Shown here piece by piece: positions 54,274 to 64,000 of a DNA stretch of 64,000 nucleotides. The DNA lies in contig CAIKXE010000002.1 of the NCBI GenBank assembly GCA_903831305.1, forward strand, positions 15,934 through 79,933, written 5' to 3'. The notes under the pieces were generated by a model. The model saw only the letters and a program-made list of their open reading frames with translations. It did not search any database and was not told the origin of the DNA. The position numbers and the translations under genes were made by a program. This DNA comes from an uncultured bacterium (GTDB lineage Bacteria > Patescibacteriota > Minisyncoccia > Phycocordibacterales > GWA1-40-21). The number at the start of each line of letters is the position of its first letter. Within the stretch, counting starts at the first letter, position 1.

Positions 54274-54738
54274 ATGATAGTTAATTGTGGTTCTCAGGAT
54301 GGCTACGGTTTTGAAAGAGAGGCCTTTGGTATTGCTTCACCAGATGTGGATGAGCGCCTTCGGTCTGAGCGGGTTCGTTCCTTCACTGAAGCTATACAAA
54401 AGGTTATGCGGTGTCAACATTTTCTGGACTGGAACCCTAGGAAACCGAAGACGCCACTGATACAGAGTCTCTTCCGGCGGGTGGCTCACGGCTTACGAGA
54501 TCATCGGGATTTGCGTTTTTACATCTCGGTCGGTACCTGGCTTGATCCCATGGGCGTTGATTGCTTTTTTGAACATCAAGATCGAGTCGTCACTATTGAC
54601 CTGACCGTCCGGCCCTTCAAACATGATCTGCGGGCAGATTTTCTGCTTTCGCGCCTAGATTTTGTGTTGGACTGCCATTATCAGTTGGCGGATCGGATGG
54701 CCAAAAAACTGTCCAGAAGACAGAAACTGGTTGCCTAG
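54274..54738 (+). CDS. Hypothetical Arg-rich protein (154 aa), atypically GC-rich (about 50%)
   Basis: ORF with a GC-rich terminator GGACCGCGCTTGCCAGATGTGGCAGGGGCGGTCC at 54755-54790. Confidence 0.4.
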   Translation: MIVNCGSQDGYGFEREAFGIASPDVDERLRSERVRSFTEAIQKVMRCQHFLDWNPRKPKTPLIQSLFRRVAHGLRDHRDLRFYISVGTWLDPMGVDCFFEHQDRVVTIDLTVRPFKHDLRADFLLSRLDFVLDCHYQLADRMAKKLSRRQKLVA

Positions 54739-54902
54739 AAAAAGGAATGGACCGCGCTTGCCAGATGTGGCAGGGGCGGTCCTTAAAGTTTATATTTAGT
54801 TATTTTTGACAAAATAGAGTTTATTAAATCTGTTATGGCTTGTGACTAAACAAAAGGCAAAAATATGATAAAATACGGCTTCTCTTATTTATAAATTATT
54901 AG

Positions 54903-56210
<1,308 letters not shown>

Positions 56211-56214
56211 ATTA

Positions 56215-57756
56215 ATGTTAAGTCCGGAAATTAAAAAACCTGTGGCTTTGATTGTGCTTGACGGCTGGGGATATCGGGAAGAGAAAGAGCACAATGCTAT
56301 TGCTGAGGCCAAAACCCCTTTCTTTGATGAGCTGTGGCGGGATTATCCGCATTCCTTGCTGGAGGCTAGTGGTTTGGCGGTGGGATTACCAGAAGGACAA
56401 ATGGGTAATAGCGAAGTGGGGCATACTACTATTGGCGCTGGTAAAACGGTTTTTACTGATCTGGTGCGAATCAGTGAATCAGCCAAAAGGGGTGGGTTTG
56501 GTGATAACGAAGCTTTACAGAAATTATTTTCTCATGCTGTAAAAAATAATTCTACCCTGCATCTCTTAGGGCTTATTGGTACTGGCGGAGTGCATGCACA
56601 TAGTGATCATCTGATAGCCGTACTAAAATCAGCCAAAGAGGCCGGGGTAAAAAGAGTAGCGATCCACGCCTTTGCGGATGGCCGAGATACGCCACCAGAA
56701 AGTGCCGGCGGTTATTTAGTGGACTTAGAAAAAGTCCTAGTAGATTTAGATTACGGCTTTATCTCTACTCTGGCCGGCCGGTATTATGCCATGGACCGAG
56801 ATAATAATTGGGACCGTTTGGTGAAGGCCGAGCAAGCAATTTTCACTGGAGCCGGGATGCAAGCTGGTAATCAGAGGGCCTCAGTGGTGGCTAAATTATT
56901 TTATTCTAAAGGGAAGACGGATGAGCACTTTGAACCGGTAGTGTTTCTGGATCAGACCGGACAAAAGGAAACAATAAAAGAAAATGATGCCGTCTTTTTC
57001 TTTAATTTCCGAGCAGATCGAGCTAGGATGCTGGCGCAGAAAATAATGGAATATGCCGTCGGTAAAAATATCTTATTTGGAACTATGACGCAGTATGATA
57101 AAAGTTTTGCTTGCCCGAACCCTGATGGTACTAGGGCTTGTCTGGTAGCTTTTTCACCAACCGTCATTGAAACGACTCTGGCTAAAGAAATATCAAAGGC
57201 CGGCCTATCCCAGGCCCATATTGCCGAGACGGAGAAATTTGCTCATGCCACATACTTTTTAAATGGCGGAGAAGAAAAGCCTTATCCTAAAGAGGAGCAT
57301 ATTCTCGTACCGAGCCGGAAAGATGTACCAACTCATGATTTGGCTCCAGAGATGATGGCTGAGGAAATTGCTAATAAGGCGATTATGGAAATAAACAAAG
57401 GAACTGATTTTATTTTTATTAACTTTGCCAATGCGGATATGGTGGGCCATACGGCGAATAAGGAGGCCATAATTAAAGGAATAGAGAGGGTAGATTTAGA
57501 ATTAAAAAGAGTAGTACTGTCTATCCAAGAAAAAGGCGGAGTGGCTTTTATTACAGCTGATCATGGTAATGCCGAAATAAATGTAGATACTAAAACGGGG
57601 GAGAAACACACGGCTCATACCTTGAGTCCGGTACCGTTTATTATTACGGATAAAACAAAAACGTTAAAAAATGGCACTTTAGCGCAAATCACCCCGACAA
57701 TATTGAAGATTCTGGGTATTGAAAAGCCGGATATAATGACCACGAGTCTCTTTTAG
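56215..57756 (+). CDS. gpmI: 2,3-bisphosphoglycerate-independent phosphoglycerate mutase
   Basis: LIVLDGWGY...NSEVGH...ADHGNAE motifs; 513 aa. Confidence 0.9.
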   Translation: MLSPEIKKPVALIVLDGWGYREEKEHNAIAEAKTPFFDELWRDYPHSLLEASGLAVGLPEGQMGNSEVGHTTIGAGKTVFTDLVRISESAKRGGFGDNEALQKLFSHAVKNNSTLHLLGLIGTGGVHAHSDHLIAVLKSAKEAGVKRVAIHAFADGRDTPPESAGGYLVDLEKVLVDLDYGFISTLAGRYYAMDRDNNWDRLVKAEQAIFTGAGMQAGNQRASVVAKLFYSKGKTDEHFEPVVFLDQTGQKETIKENDAVFFFNFRADRARMLAQKIMEYAVGKNILFGTMTQYDKSFACPNPDGTRACLVAFSPTVIETTLAKEISKAGLSQAHIAETEKFAHATYFLNGGEEKPYPKEEHILVPSRKDVPTHDLAPEMMAEEIANKAIMEINKGTDFIFINFANADMVGHTANKEAIIKGIERVDLELKRVVLSIQEKGGVAFITADHGNAEINVDTKTGEKHTAHTLSPVPFIITDKTKTLKNGTLAQITPTILKILGIEKPDIMTTSLF

Positions 57757-57834
57757 ATTAGATTTGTTTATGTTATTATTAGCTTATATCAGGCTTAATT
57801 AATAATCTCTCGAAAACTCGAGATAAATAAAAAT

Positions 57835-58251
57835 ATGTTTAAAAAAATAGCGCAATTTTTTGATAAGCTGGAGGATCGGGTGAGGGCCAGGCTCAGCCAC
57901 CGGTCCATCCTTTATGCTTTGATTGGCGGTACTTGTACTGTTCTTTTTTGGCGCGGGATTTGGCACTCCGCTGATATTTTAATGGTTCGGGGTGGGTTTT
58001 GGGGTGACTTTTTCTATGAGCCGACCTCTATCATTTGGACTTCAGTGATTCTTTTGATGACTGGCCTTTTTGTCTCAAACTTTATTGGAGAAAGAATTGT
58101 TATTTCCGGACTTAAGCGAGAGAAGAAAGTGACTGATAAAACAGAGTTGGAAGTCCAAGAGGAGGAGATAAGGATTAAGAGGTTGGAAGATAAAATGGAC
58201 ACACTGCTCAAAGAAATTTTAACCATAAAAGATGACTTGGCTAAAAAGTAA
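57835..58251 (+). CDS. Hypothetical membrane protein (138 aa)
   Basis: Two TM segments and a C-terminal coiled coil. Confidence 0.4.
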   Translation: MFKKIAQFFDKLEDRVRARLSHRSILYALIGGTCTVLFWRGIWHSADILMVRGGFWGDFFYEPTSIIWTSVILLMTGLFVSNFIGERIVISGLKREKKVTDKTELEVQEEEIRIKRLEDKMDTLLKEILTIKDDLAKK

Positions 58252-59125
58252 AAAGACGGTCGCCGTTCACTCTGGTAATTTTCATGCTGATGACATTTTT
58301 TCGGTAGCTCTTTTATCACTATATCTTAAAGAGAAGGTAAAAATCATTAGAACGCGAGATGAGGCTGTCTATGGGCAGGCAGATTATGTTTTTGATATTG
58401 GGCAAGTTTATGAGCCCGAGCATAAACGGTTTGACCACCATCAGACGGGTGGAGCCGGTAATAGGGTAAATGGCATTCCTTATGCTACTTTTGGTTTATT
58501 GTGGAAGGAGTATGGGGAGAGTTTAACCGGTTCAAAGGAAGCTAGTGATATGATAGATAAAAAGCTTGTGGCTCCAACAGATGCTGATGATAACGCAGTG
58601 GATATTTGCGCAGATTTTACTTACGGTGTTAGGCCATACACTGTTTCGGACTATATTGTCTACCGTAATTCTATTTGTGAGGAAAAAGATCGTCAGATAG
58701 TTTTTGAAGAGCTTGTAGAGTGGGCCAAGAATATTGTTCAGATGGAAATTAAAGTTGCCAACAAGTTCCTGATTGACCGAGAGAAGATAGTGACCGTTTA
58801 TAATTCAACGACAGACAAAAGGCTGATTATTTTAGATGAAGATTATGAGGAAGTGCAGGTTCTTGCTGACTATCCGGAGCCTTTGTTTGTGGTCAGACCA
58901 GCGCCGGCTATCAGTGCTTGGAAGGTATACGCGGTCAAAGTGAAAGGAGAAAAATTTAAAAATCGGATTGATTTACCGGTTGCTTGGGGGAGTAAAAGGG
59001 GTGTGGAATTCGCCCAGGTTACTGGTGTGGCTGATGCCCTATATTGTCATCACCAGCTCTACATGGCGATTGCTAAATCTAAGGAAGGTGCTATCAAACT
59101 GGCCCAAATCGCTTTAGAAAAGTAA
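58232..59125 (+). CDS. MYG1/UPF0160 family metal-dependent hydrolase
   Basis: VAVHSGNFHADDIFSVALL...RFDHHQ motif. Confidence 0.75.
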   Translation: MTWLKSKKTVAVHSGNFHADDIFSVALLSLYLKEKVKIIRTRDEAVYGQADYVFDIGQVYEPEHKRFDHHQTGGAGNRVNGIPYATFGLLWKEYGESLTGSKEASDMIDKKLVAPTDADDNAVDICADFTYGVRPYTVSDYIVYRNSICEEKDRQIVFEELVEWAKNIVQMEIKVANKFLIDREKIVTVYNSTTDKRLIILDEDYEEVQVLADYPEPLFVVRPAPAISAWKVYAVKVKGEKFKNRIDLPVAWGSKRGVEFAQVTGVADALYCHHQLYMAIAKSKEGAIKLAQIALEK

Positions 59126-59147
59126 GATAGTGTGTTAGTATCTATTT

Positions 59148-60116
59148 ATGGCATTTATTGATGAATTAAAATTGCATATTCGCGCCGGCCGGGGTGGTGA
59201 CGGTGTGGTGCGCTGGCTCCATGAAAAAGGCAAGGAATTTATGGGTCCGGCTGGTGGTAATGGTGGTCAAGGGGCCGATGTTTATGCTCGCGCTACGCGG
59301 GATATTGGTATTTTGAATAATTATAAAAACCTCAAGGAAATAGAAGCGCCGAAGGGTGGTGATGGTGGTAATAAGAGCTGTCATGGGGCCAACGGGGTGG
59401 ATTTATATTTGGATTTTCCGGTGGGTTCTGTTATTACCAATTTACAAACCGGGGGGAAAGTTTTTCTTGATAAAGAAGGGGAAACTAAACTATTGGCTCA
59501 GGGAGGTCGCGGGGGGATGGGTAATGAAAATTTCAAATCATCCACGAACCAGCGTCCAGAACAGTCTAGTCCGGGAAAACCGGGTGAAGAATTTGATTTT
59601 TATATTGAAGTAGAGCTTGTGGCGGATGCGGGACTCATCGGTTTGCCAAATGCCGGTAAATCCAGCTTGATCAATGAACTGACCAATGCAAAATCCAAAG
59701 TGGGAGCCTATCAGTTCACCACGCTTGAGCCAGCCTTGGGTGATATGTACGGTTTTATCTTGGCGGATTTGCCGGGGCTCATTGAGGGCGCCTCAGAAGG
59801 TAAGGGACTCGGTGATAAATTCCTCCGTCATATAAAAAGAACCAAGATTCTTTTCCACTGTTTGTCCCTGGAGAGCACTCGTCTGATTACAGATTATAAA
59901 ACTATTAGACGTGAGCTTAAGGCTTACAGTCAGGAATTGGCGGACAAGAAGGAAATACTCGTTTTAACTAAGACGGATATGCTGACGGAGAAGGAGCTTA
60001 AAGAGATAGTGAAAAAGCTTCACAAACTTAATCCAAATATTTTAACGGTGACCATTTTAGACGATGCTTCTGTTAAAAACCTCAAGGATAACCTGATCAA
60101 GATTTTACGAGGCTAG
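59148..60116 (+). CDS. obg: GTPase Obg/CgtA
   Basis: Gly-rich Obg fold, then G1 GLPNAGKSS, G3 DLPG, G4 TKTD. Confidence 0.9.
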   Translation: MAFIDELKLHIRAGRGGDGVVRWLHEKGKEFMGPAGGNGGQGADVYARATRDIGILNNYKNLKEIEAPKGGDGGNKSCHGANGVDLYLDFPVGSVITNLQTGGKVFLDKEGETKLLAQGGRGGMGNENFKSSTNQRPEQSSPGKPGEEFDFYIEVELVADAGLIGLPNAGKSSLINELTNAKSKVGAYQFTTLEPALGDMYGFILADLPGLIEGASEGKGLGDKFLRHIKRTKILFHCLSLESTRLITDYKTIRRELKAYSQELADKKEILVLTKTDMLTEKELKEIVKKLHKLNPNILTVTILDDASVKNLKDNLIKILRG

Positions 60117-60156
60117 GTTTGCTTTTTAGCTAATAATCTGCTAGAATTTTAAAACT

Positions 60157-60378
60157 ATGAAAAAAGATATACATCCAACATATTTTCCTAAGTCAGAGAC
60201 CACTTGTGCTTGTGGGGCTAAATTTAACGTCGGTTCTACCAAGGAGGCTATTGAGGTAGAAATCTGCGCAGTTTGCCACCCATTTTACACTGGTAATGAT
60301 AAGGTGCTTGATACCGCTGGCCGGGTGGAGAAGTTCAAAGCTCGCAAAGCCGCTGGAACCAAGAAAACCGCTAAATAG
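60157..60378 (+). CDS. rpmE: 50S ribosomal protein L31
   Basis: [10 protein letters not shown]...CACGAKF...[10 protein letters not shown] zinc-ribbon form. Confidence 0.9.
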   Translation: MKKDIHPTYFPKSETTCACGAKFNVGSTKEAIEVEICAVCHPFYTGNDKVLDTAGRVEKFKARKAAGTKKTAK

Positions 60379-60381
60379 CGA

Positions 60382-60497
60382 ACTGGGAGTAGAATATTGT
60401 GTTTGTGAGCCTCTCGGAAGACGACGGTCTGAGAGTGAGAGATTTTTTCAGCAGAAAAAATACTCGTGCTCAAAAAACATAATATTCTACTCCCAGT
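60382..60497. repeat. 115-nt imperfect palindrome (20-bp arms) enclosing an AT-hairpin motif, between rpmE and prfA
   Basis: Arms ACTGGGAGTAGAATATTGTG / CATAATATTCTACTCCCAGT; inner hairpin GATTTTTTCAGCAGAAAAAAT at 60441-60463. Confidence 0.7.
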
Positions 60498-60521
60498 TTT
60501 GTTTTATGCTACAATAATCAC

Positions 60522-61505
60522 ATGACAATAGAAGAATTCAAAAATAATAAAAAAACGGAATATCTGGCTGATGAGTATTTAAGACTAGATAAGGAAGAAA
60601 ACTCGGTTAAAGAAATGCTCACTGCTGACCCCAGTATGGCGGAGATGGCCGGTGAAGAACTGGCGACTTTGACGTCTCAAAAAGAAGTCCTCTGGAAGCA
60701 GATGGAAGAGATTTTGACTGAAGAAAAACAGGAAGAAGAATTCCCGAATGAAATAATTATGGAAGTGCGCGCCGGGGTGGGTGGGGATGAAGCGGCTTTG
60801 TTTGCCGAGGTACTCGCTAAAATGTATGCTGGTTATGCGGGGATTAAAAACTGGAGTTTTACCGCTATTGATGAATCCCGTAATGATTTGGGTGGTTATA
60901 AGGAAGCGTCATTTGAAATAAAAGGTTTGGGTGTATATAAGGAACTGCGTTATGAGACCGGGGTGCATAGGATACAAAGGATCCCCGAGACGGAGAAGAA
61001 TGGCCGGGTGCATACTTCTACTGCTTCCGTGGCCGTCTTACCGATCAGAAAAAAAAGCTCGGTGGAAATCAAACCATCGGACTTGCTGATTGAATTTTCC
61101 CGGGCTGGTGGTAAGGGTGGACAGAATGTGAACAAAGTGGAGACCGCCGTGCGCATAGTGCACAAGCCGACCGGTATTGAAGTGCGTTGTGTGGCCGAGC
61201 GTAGTCAGTCCAGGAACAAGGAAAAAGCCATGACTATTTTGACGGCTAAACTGGAGTTACAAAAGTCTGAAGCGGATGCGGCACAGTTTGCTAAAGAGAG
61301 AAAAGATCAGATCGGTACCGCCGACCGGTCAGAAAAAATCCGCACTTATAATGTTTTACAGGACCGGATCACGGATCACCGGGTCAAACAGTCTTGGTAT
61401 AATATTGAAAATATTTTAAATGGTGAAAAGGTGGGGGATTTGATCAAATATGTGGGGGAAAATATCGGCAAACCGGTGGATGGTAAGACTGAGGATGACG
61501 AGTAA
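60522..61505 (+). CDS. prfA: Peptide chain release factor 1
   Basis: P-E-T tripeptide region ([14 protein letters not shown]) and GGQ ([11 protein letters not shown]); 327 aa. Confidence 0.85.
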   Translation: MTIEEFKNNKKTEYLADEYLRLDKEENSVKEMLTADPSMAEMAGEELATLTSQKEVLWKQMEEILTEEKQEEEFPNEIIMEVRAGVGGDEAALFAEVLAKMYAGYAGIKNWSFTAIDESRNDLGGYKEASFEIKGLGVYKELRYETGVHRIQRIPETEKNGRVHTSTASVAVLPIRKKSSVEIKPSDLLIEFSRAGGKGGQNVNKVETAVRIVHKPTGIEVRCVAERSQSRNKEKAMTILTAKLELQKSEADAAQFAKERKDQIGTADRSEKIRTYNVLQDRITDHRVKQSWYNIENILNGEKVGDLIKYVGENIGKPVDGKTEDDE

Positions 61506-61510
61506 AAAGT

Positions 61511-61539
61511 TTGACTTCTATAATAAAAAGGTGTATAAT
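61511..61539 (+). promoter_or_regulatory. Near-consensus sigma70 promoter (TTGACT, 17 nt, TATAAT) upstream of the GC-rich ORF
   Basis: Read directly: TTGACTtctataataaaaaggtgTATAAT. Confidence 0.5.
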
Positions 61540-61653
61540 AGTAGTTAGATAGTTACAAGATGTTTGTTAGCCGTAAATGAGCGGATGCTCGTTCGGCTGT
61601 GTGTCAGGTGGACACTGTCCAAGACTGGACAAGTCCAAAGTGGGAGAAGGACA

Positions 61654-62229
61654 ATGAGCAACGAACTGATGCTCGATGTCGGTCAGGCGAATGAGCTGAA
61701 GATGGCTTTTCGTCGTGAGGGTTCGTGGACGAATGAGCAGATCAAGAGGTTCTGTGAACTCCGTGGTTTGCTCAGCCAGGTTCTGGAGGTGCTCGAAGGC
61801 CGCGCTGAGATCAAACCCATGGAGTATGTCGTGGATCTCGACGCCGCTCCGTTCATCCCGAATGGTTGGACGGTGGAGTCCCACAAGCAGGGTGGACAGT
61901 GGAAGTATGATGCCACGAAGGTGTCGCTCTACCTGTCCGAAGGCCAGAAGGGCGGCAAACGTCTGGTCGGCACCAAGCTCCGCGAGGAACTGGAAAGCCT
62001 GCCAGTCATGAACGCCAACTTGTTGGAGTTCTACCTGGCTCACCCCCACCTCATTCCCGAAGAATGGAAAGGTGAGTATATCTTCTTCTGGGGAACGGTC
62101 TACCGTGACGCCGATGGCGACCTCTACGTTTGGTGCCTCTTCTGGAACGGCGAGAGGTGGTACTGGGGCTGCCGCTGGCTTGAGGACGACTGGGCCGGCT
62201 ACGACCTGGCGGTTCTGCTCGGCGAGTAG
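61654..62229 (+). CDS. Hypothetical protein (191 aa) encoded in a roughly 60% GC island; probable horizontally acquired gene
   Basis: High-GC3 codon usage (agc aac gaa ctg atg ctc gat gtc ...), SD GGGAGAAGG 6 nt upstream, Trp-rich C-terminus (FFWGTVYRDADGDLYVWCLFWNGERWYWGCRWLEDDW), followed by a GC-rich terminator. Confidence 0.6.
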   Translation: MSNELMLDVGQANELKMAFRREGSWTNEQIKRFCELRGLLSQVLEVLEGRAEIKPMEYVVDLDAAPFIPNGWTVESHKQGGQWKYDATKVSLYLSEGQKGGKRLVGTKLREELESLPVMNANLLEFYLAHPHLIPEEWKGEYIFFWGTVYRDADGDLYVWCLFWNGERWYWGCRWLEDDWAGYDLAVLLGE

Positions 62230-62285
62230 CCAAGGCACCAGCCCAACAGGTAAAAAGATAGATACCTGGAAATTCTATCGCTCAC

Positions 62286-62321
62286 AACACCCCTCGCGGC
62301 TTCGGCCACGCGGGGTGTTTT
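62286..62321 (+). terminator. GC-rich Rho-independent terminator after the foreign ORF
   Basis: ACACCCCTCGCGGCTTCGGCCACGCGGGGTGTTTT. Confidence 0.7.
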
Positions 62322-62375
62322 ACGTTTAGTATTTTCTTGCTTTTTTTGGCTATATTTGGTAAGCTACTGTGACAT

Positions 62376-63083
62376 ATGGAAGAAACAAAAAAGATAAATA
62401 ACGAGCGAATTGATCAGATGTTCTCCGTCGGGGCCCATTTTGGCTACTCCAAAACCCGCCGTCACGCTAGCGTCGCCCCTTATATTTTCGGGGTAAAGAA
62501 CAAGGTAGAGATCATTGACCTAGAAAAGACTGATGATTTACTGGAAAAAGCCTTAGCTTTTGTTTCTACCCTTGCTCGAGAGAACAAGCAAATCCTCTTT
62601 GTGGGTGGTAAGAATGAAGCCCGCGCGGCTTTGAAAATCGCTGCTGAGTCCATCGGTATGCCATTTGTGGATGGTCGCTGGATCGGAGGAACTCTCACCA
62701 ACTTCCCAGAAATCAAGAAGAGACTAAACAAGCTGGAAGATTTAACTAAACAAAAAGAACGCGGTGAGCTTTCAAAATACACCAAGAAAGAGAGACTGAT
62801 GATTGACCGCGAGATTGCTAACTTGGACCGCTTTTTCTCTGGTATCTTGCCAATGAAAGATTTGCCTAAGGCCATGGTGGTAGTAGATTCTAAAAAAGAG
62901 ATTATCGCCGTCACTGAAGCCTTGAAGATGAAAATCCCTGTTGTGGCTCTCTGTGGTACGGATACCAATATTTCTGATATCAATTATCCTATCGTCGCTA
63001 ATGACGCCTCCGTTTCTAGCATCACTTTTTTTGTGAATGAAATCGCCAAGGCTTATCAAAAAGCCAAGGTGCTCAAGGCCTAG
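62376..63083 (+). CDS. rpsB: 30S ribosomal protein S2
   Basis: GAHFGYSKTRRHASVAPYIFG...ILFVGGK S2 motifs; followed by tsf. Confidence 0.9.
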   Translation: MEETKKINNERIDQMFSVGAHFGYSKTRRHASVAPYIFGVKNKVEIIDLEKTDDLLEKALAFVSTLARENKQILFVGGKNEARAALKIAAESIGMPFVDGRWIGGTLTNFPEIKKRLNKLEDLTKQKERGELSKYTKKERLMIDREIANLDRFFSGILPMKDLPKAMVVVDSKKEIIAVTEALKMKIPVVALCGTDTNISDINYPIVANDASVSSITFFVNEIAKAYQKAKVLKA

Positions 63084-63176
63084 TTTTCTCTAAAGCTTGG
63101 GTCTCTCAGTTATTAGTGGCTTTTTATGGTAGAAACTAGTATAATTATAGTTACTTAAAAGTTAATTAAAATTTAT

Positions 63177-63779
63177 ATGGCAACAATCACTACAGAGCAA
63201 ATCAAGGAGTTAAGAGATATGACTGGTCTCTCTATTATGCAATGTAAGAAGGCCCTGGAAGAAGCAGAAGGTGATATCTCCAAGGCAAATATTTTGTTAC
63301 AGAAAAAGGGCGCCGGTATTGCTGCCAAGAAGGCTGACCGTAACTTGGGTGCCGGCCGGGTAGCCTCTTATGTCCATTCTAACGGTAATATTGCATCCTT
63401 GGTAGAATTACTCTGTGAGACGGACTTTGTGGCCAAGAATGATGAATTTGGGGCTTTAGCCTATAATATTGCCATGCAGGTAGCCGCCACTAATCCACTT
63501 TATTTAAAGATGTCTGATATCCCTGAAGCCACCAGAAAGGAAGCCGAGGAGGTGTTTGTGAAGGAGGTGGAGGGCAAACCAGCGGAGATGAAAGCCAAGA
63601 TCTTGGAGGGTAAGCTTAATTCTTATTTTAAAGATAAAGTGCTTTTGGAGCAAGAATATATCAAGAATCCTGAAGTGACCGTGAATGGATTGATCGAAGC
63701 CTTCATTCAGAAATTTGGCGAGCGTACGGAGATCGGCCGGTTTAGCCGGATTGGTGTCGGGCAAAAATCATTATGCTAA
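63177..63779 (+). CDS. tsf: Elongation factor Ts (short form)
   Basis: TAEQIKELRDMTGLSIMQCKKAL UBA-like N-terminus and LCETDFVAKN motif. Confidence 0.9.
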   Translation: MATITTEQIKELRDMTGLSIMQCKKALEEAEGDISKANILLQKKGAGIAAKKADRNLGAGRVASYVHSNGNIASLVELLCETDFVAKNDEFGALAYNIAMQVAATNPLYLKMSDIPEATRKEAEEVFVKEVEGKPAEMKAKILEGKLNSYFKDKVLLEQEYIKNPEVTVNGLIEAFIQKFGERTEIGRFSRIGVGQKSLC

Positions 63780-64000
63780 CTTTTGTTGTATTTATAATTT
63801 CTCTTGTTTTGATTGCTTTTTTGTTCATGCAAAAGAGCTTTGAGATATCTTATGGTAAGAAAGTACTTTTGGAGGAGACTTTTCTCAAATGCGATATTGG
63901 GATTCACAATATCTTACTTAAAATCAAGTATTGGTGGAGTCATGTAAATTTCAAGAATACTAGGCTGGTTTTTATGTGGGTTATGGTTAATGTAAGGAGA

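Noticed and set aside
61567-62238. 223-aa minus-strand ORF fully overlapping the GC-rich plus-strand gene
   Set aside because: Long antisense ORFs are expected in roughly 60% GC DNA. The plus-strand ORF has the SD, promoter, terminator orientation and sensible codon periodicity, so the minus ORF is judged spurious.

Overview
The window is an AT-rich bacterial chromosome segment (about 40% GC by eye). Its gene content and compactness fit a small-genome, Patescibacteria/CPR-like organism; this is inference.

Most of the window is type IV pilus (T4P) / type II secretion-like machinery in three separate gene sets:
- Set 1 (3.9-15.9 kb): pilM-pilN-pilO, pilB, a CheY-like receiver, pilT, pilC, the major pilin pilA, prepilin peptidase pilD and five minor-pilin genes.
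- Set 2 (22.1-28.7 kb): a frameshifted, chimeric GspE-like ATPase, a GspF-like membrane protein, pseudopilins and an 825-aa repeat-containing protein with a prepilin leader.
- Set 3 (38.8-50.8 kb): a pilin, a second pilB/pilC pair, a 1208-aa prepilin-leader protein with FN3, LamG-like and DUF2341-like domains, two smaller LamG-like pilin proteins, a solo MazF/PemK-like toxin, a PilX-like protein and a PilM/N fusion.

Housekeeping genes fill the rest: recG (partial), ligA, gatCA, prfB, prfA, ftsEX, eno, gpmI, obg, rpmE, rplY, rpsB, tsf, tlyA, a CcdA-like protein with a thioredoxin-like partner, a P-type ATPase, an MFS transporter, a GT2 glycosyltransferase and DedA.

Seven tRNA genes are present. 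One, tRNA-Asp(GUC), is split in its anticodon loop by a roughly 240-nt group I intron with recognisable R and S core elements. It is followed by a structured ncRNA-like element of about 180 nt that reuses the tRNA's acceptor-stem sequence.

Other signals worth a second look:
- a family of GC-rich dual-hairpin intergenic elements sitting exactly between T4P gene stop codons and the promoters of pilin genes;
- pilin genes whose -10 box lies 5-8 nt from the start codon, suggesting leaderless mRNAs;
- a tandem array of tRNA 5'-fragment/promoter repeats;
- a recurrent AT-hairpin motif (GATTTTTTCAGCAGAAAAAAT);
- three GC-rich (50-60%) ORFs that look foreign, each with a GC-rich terminator, one of them inserted between prfA and rpsB under a native-looking promoter.

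No CRISPR array and no rRNA gene were seen.
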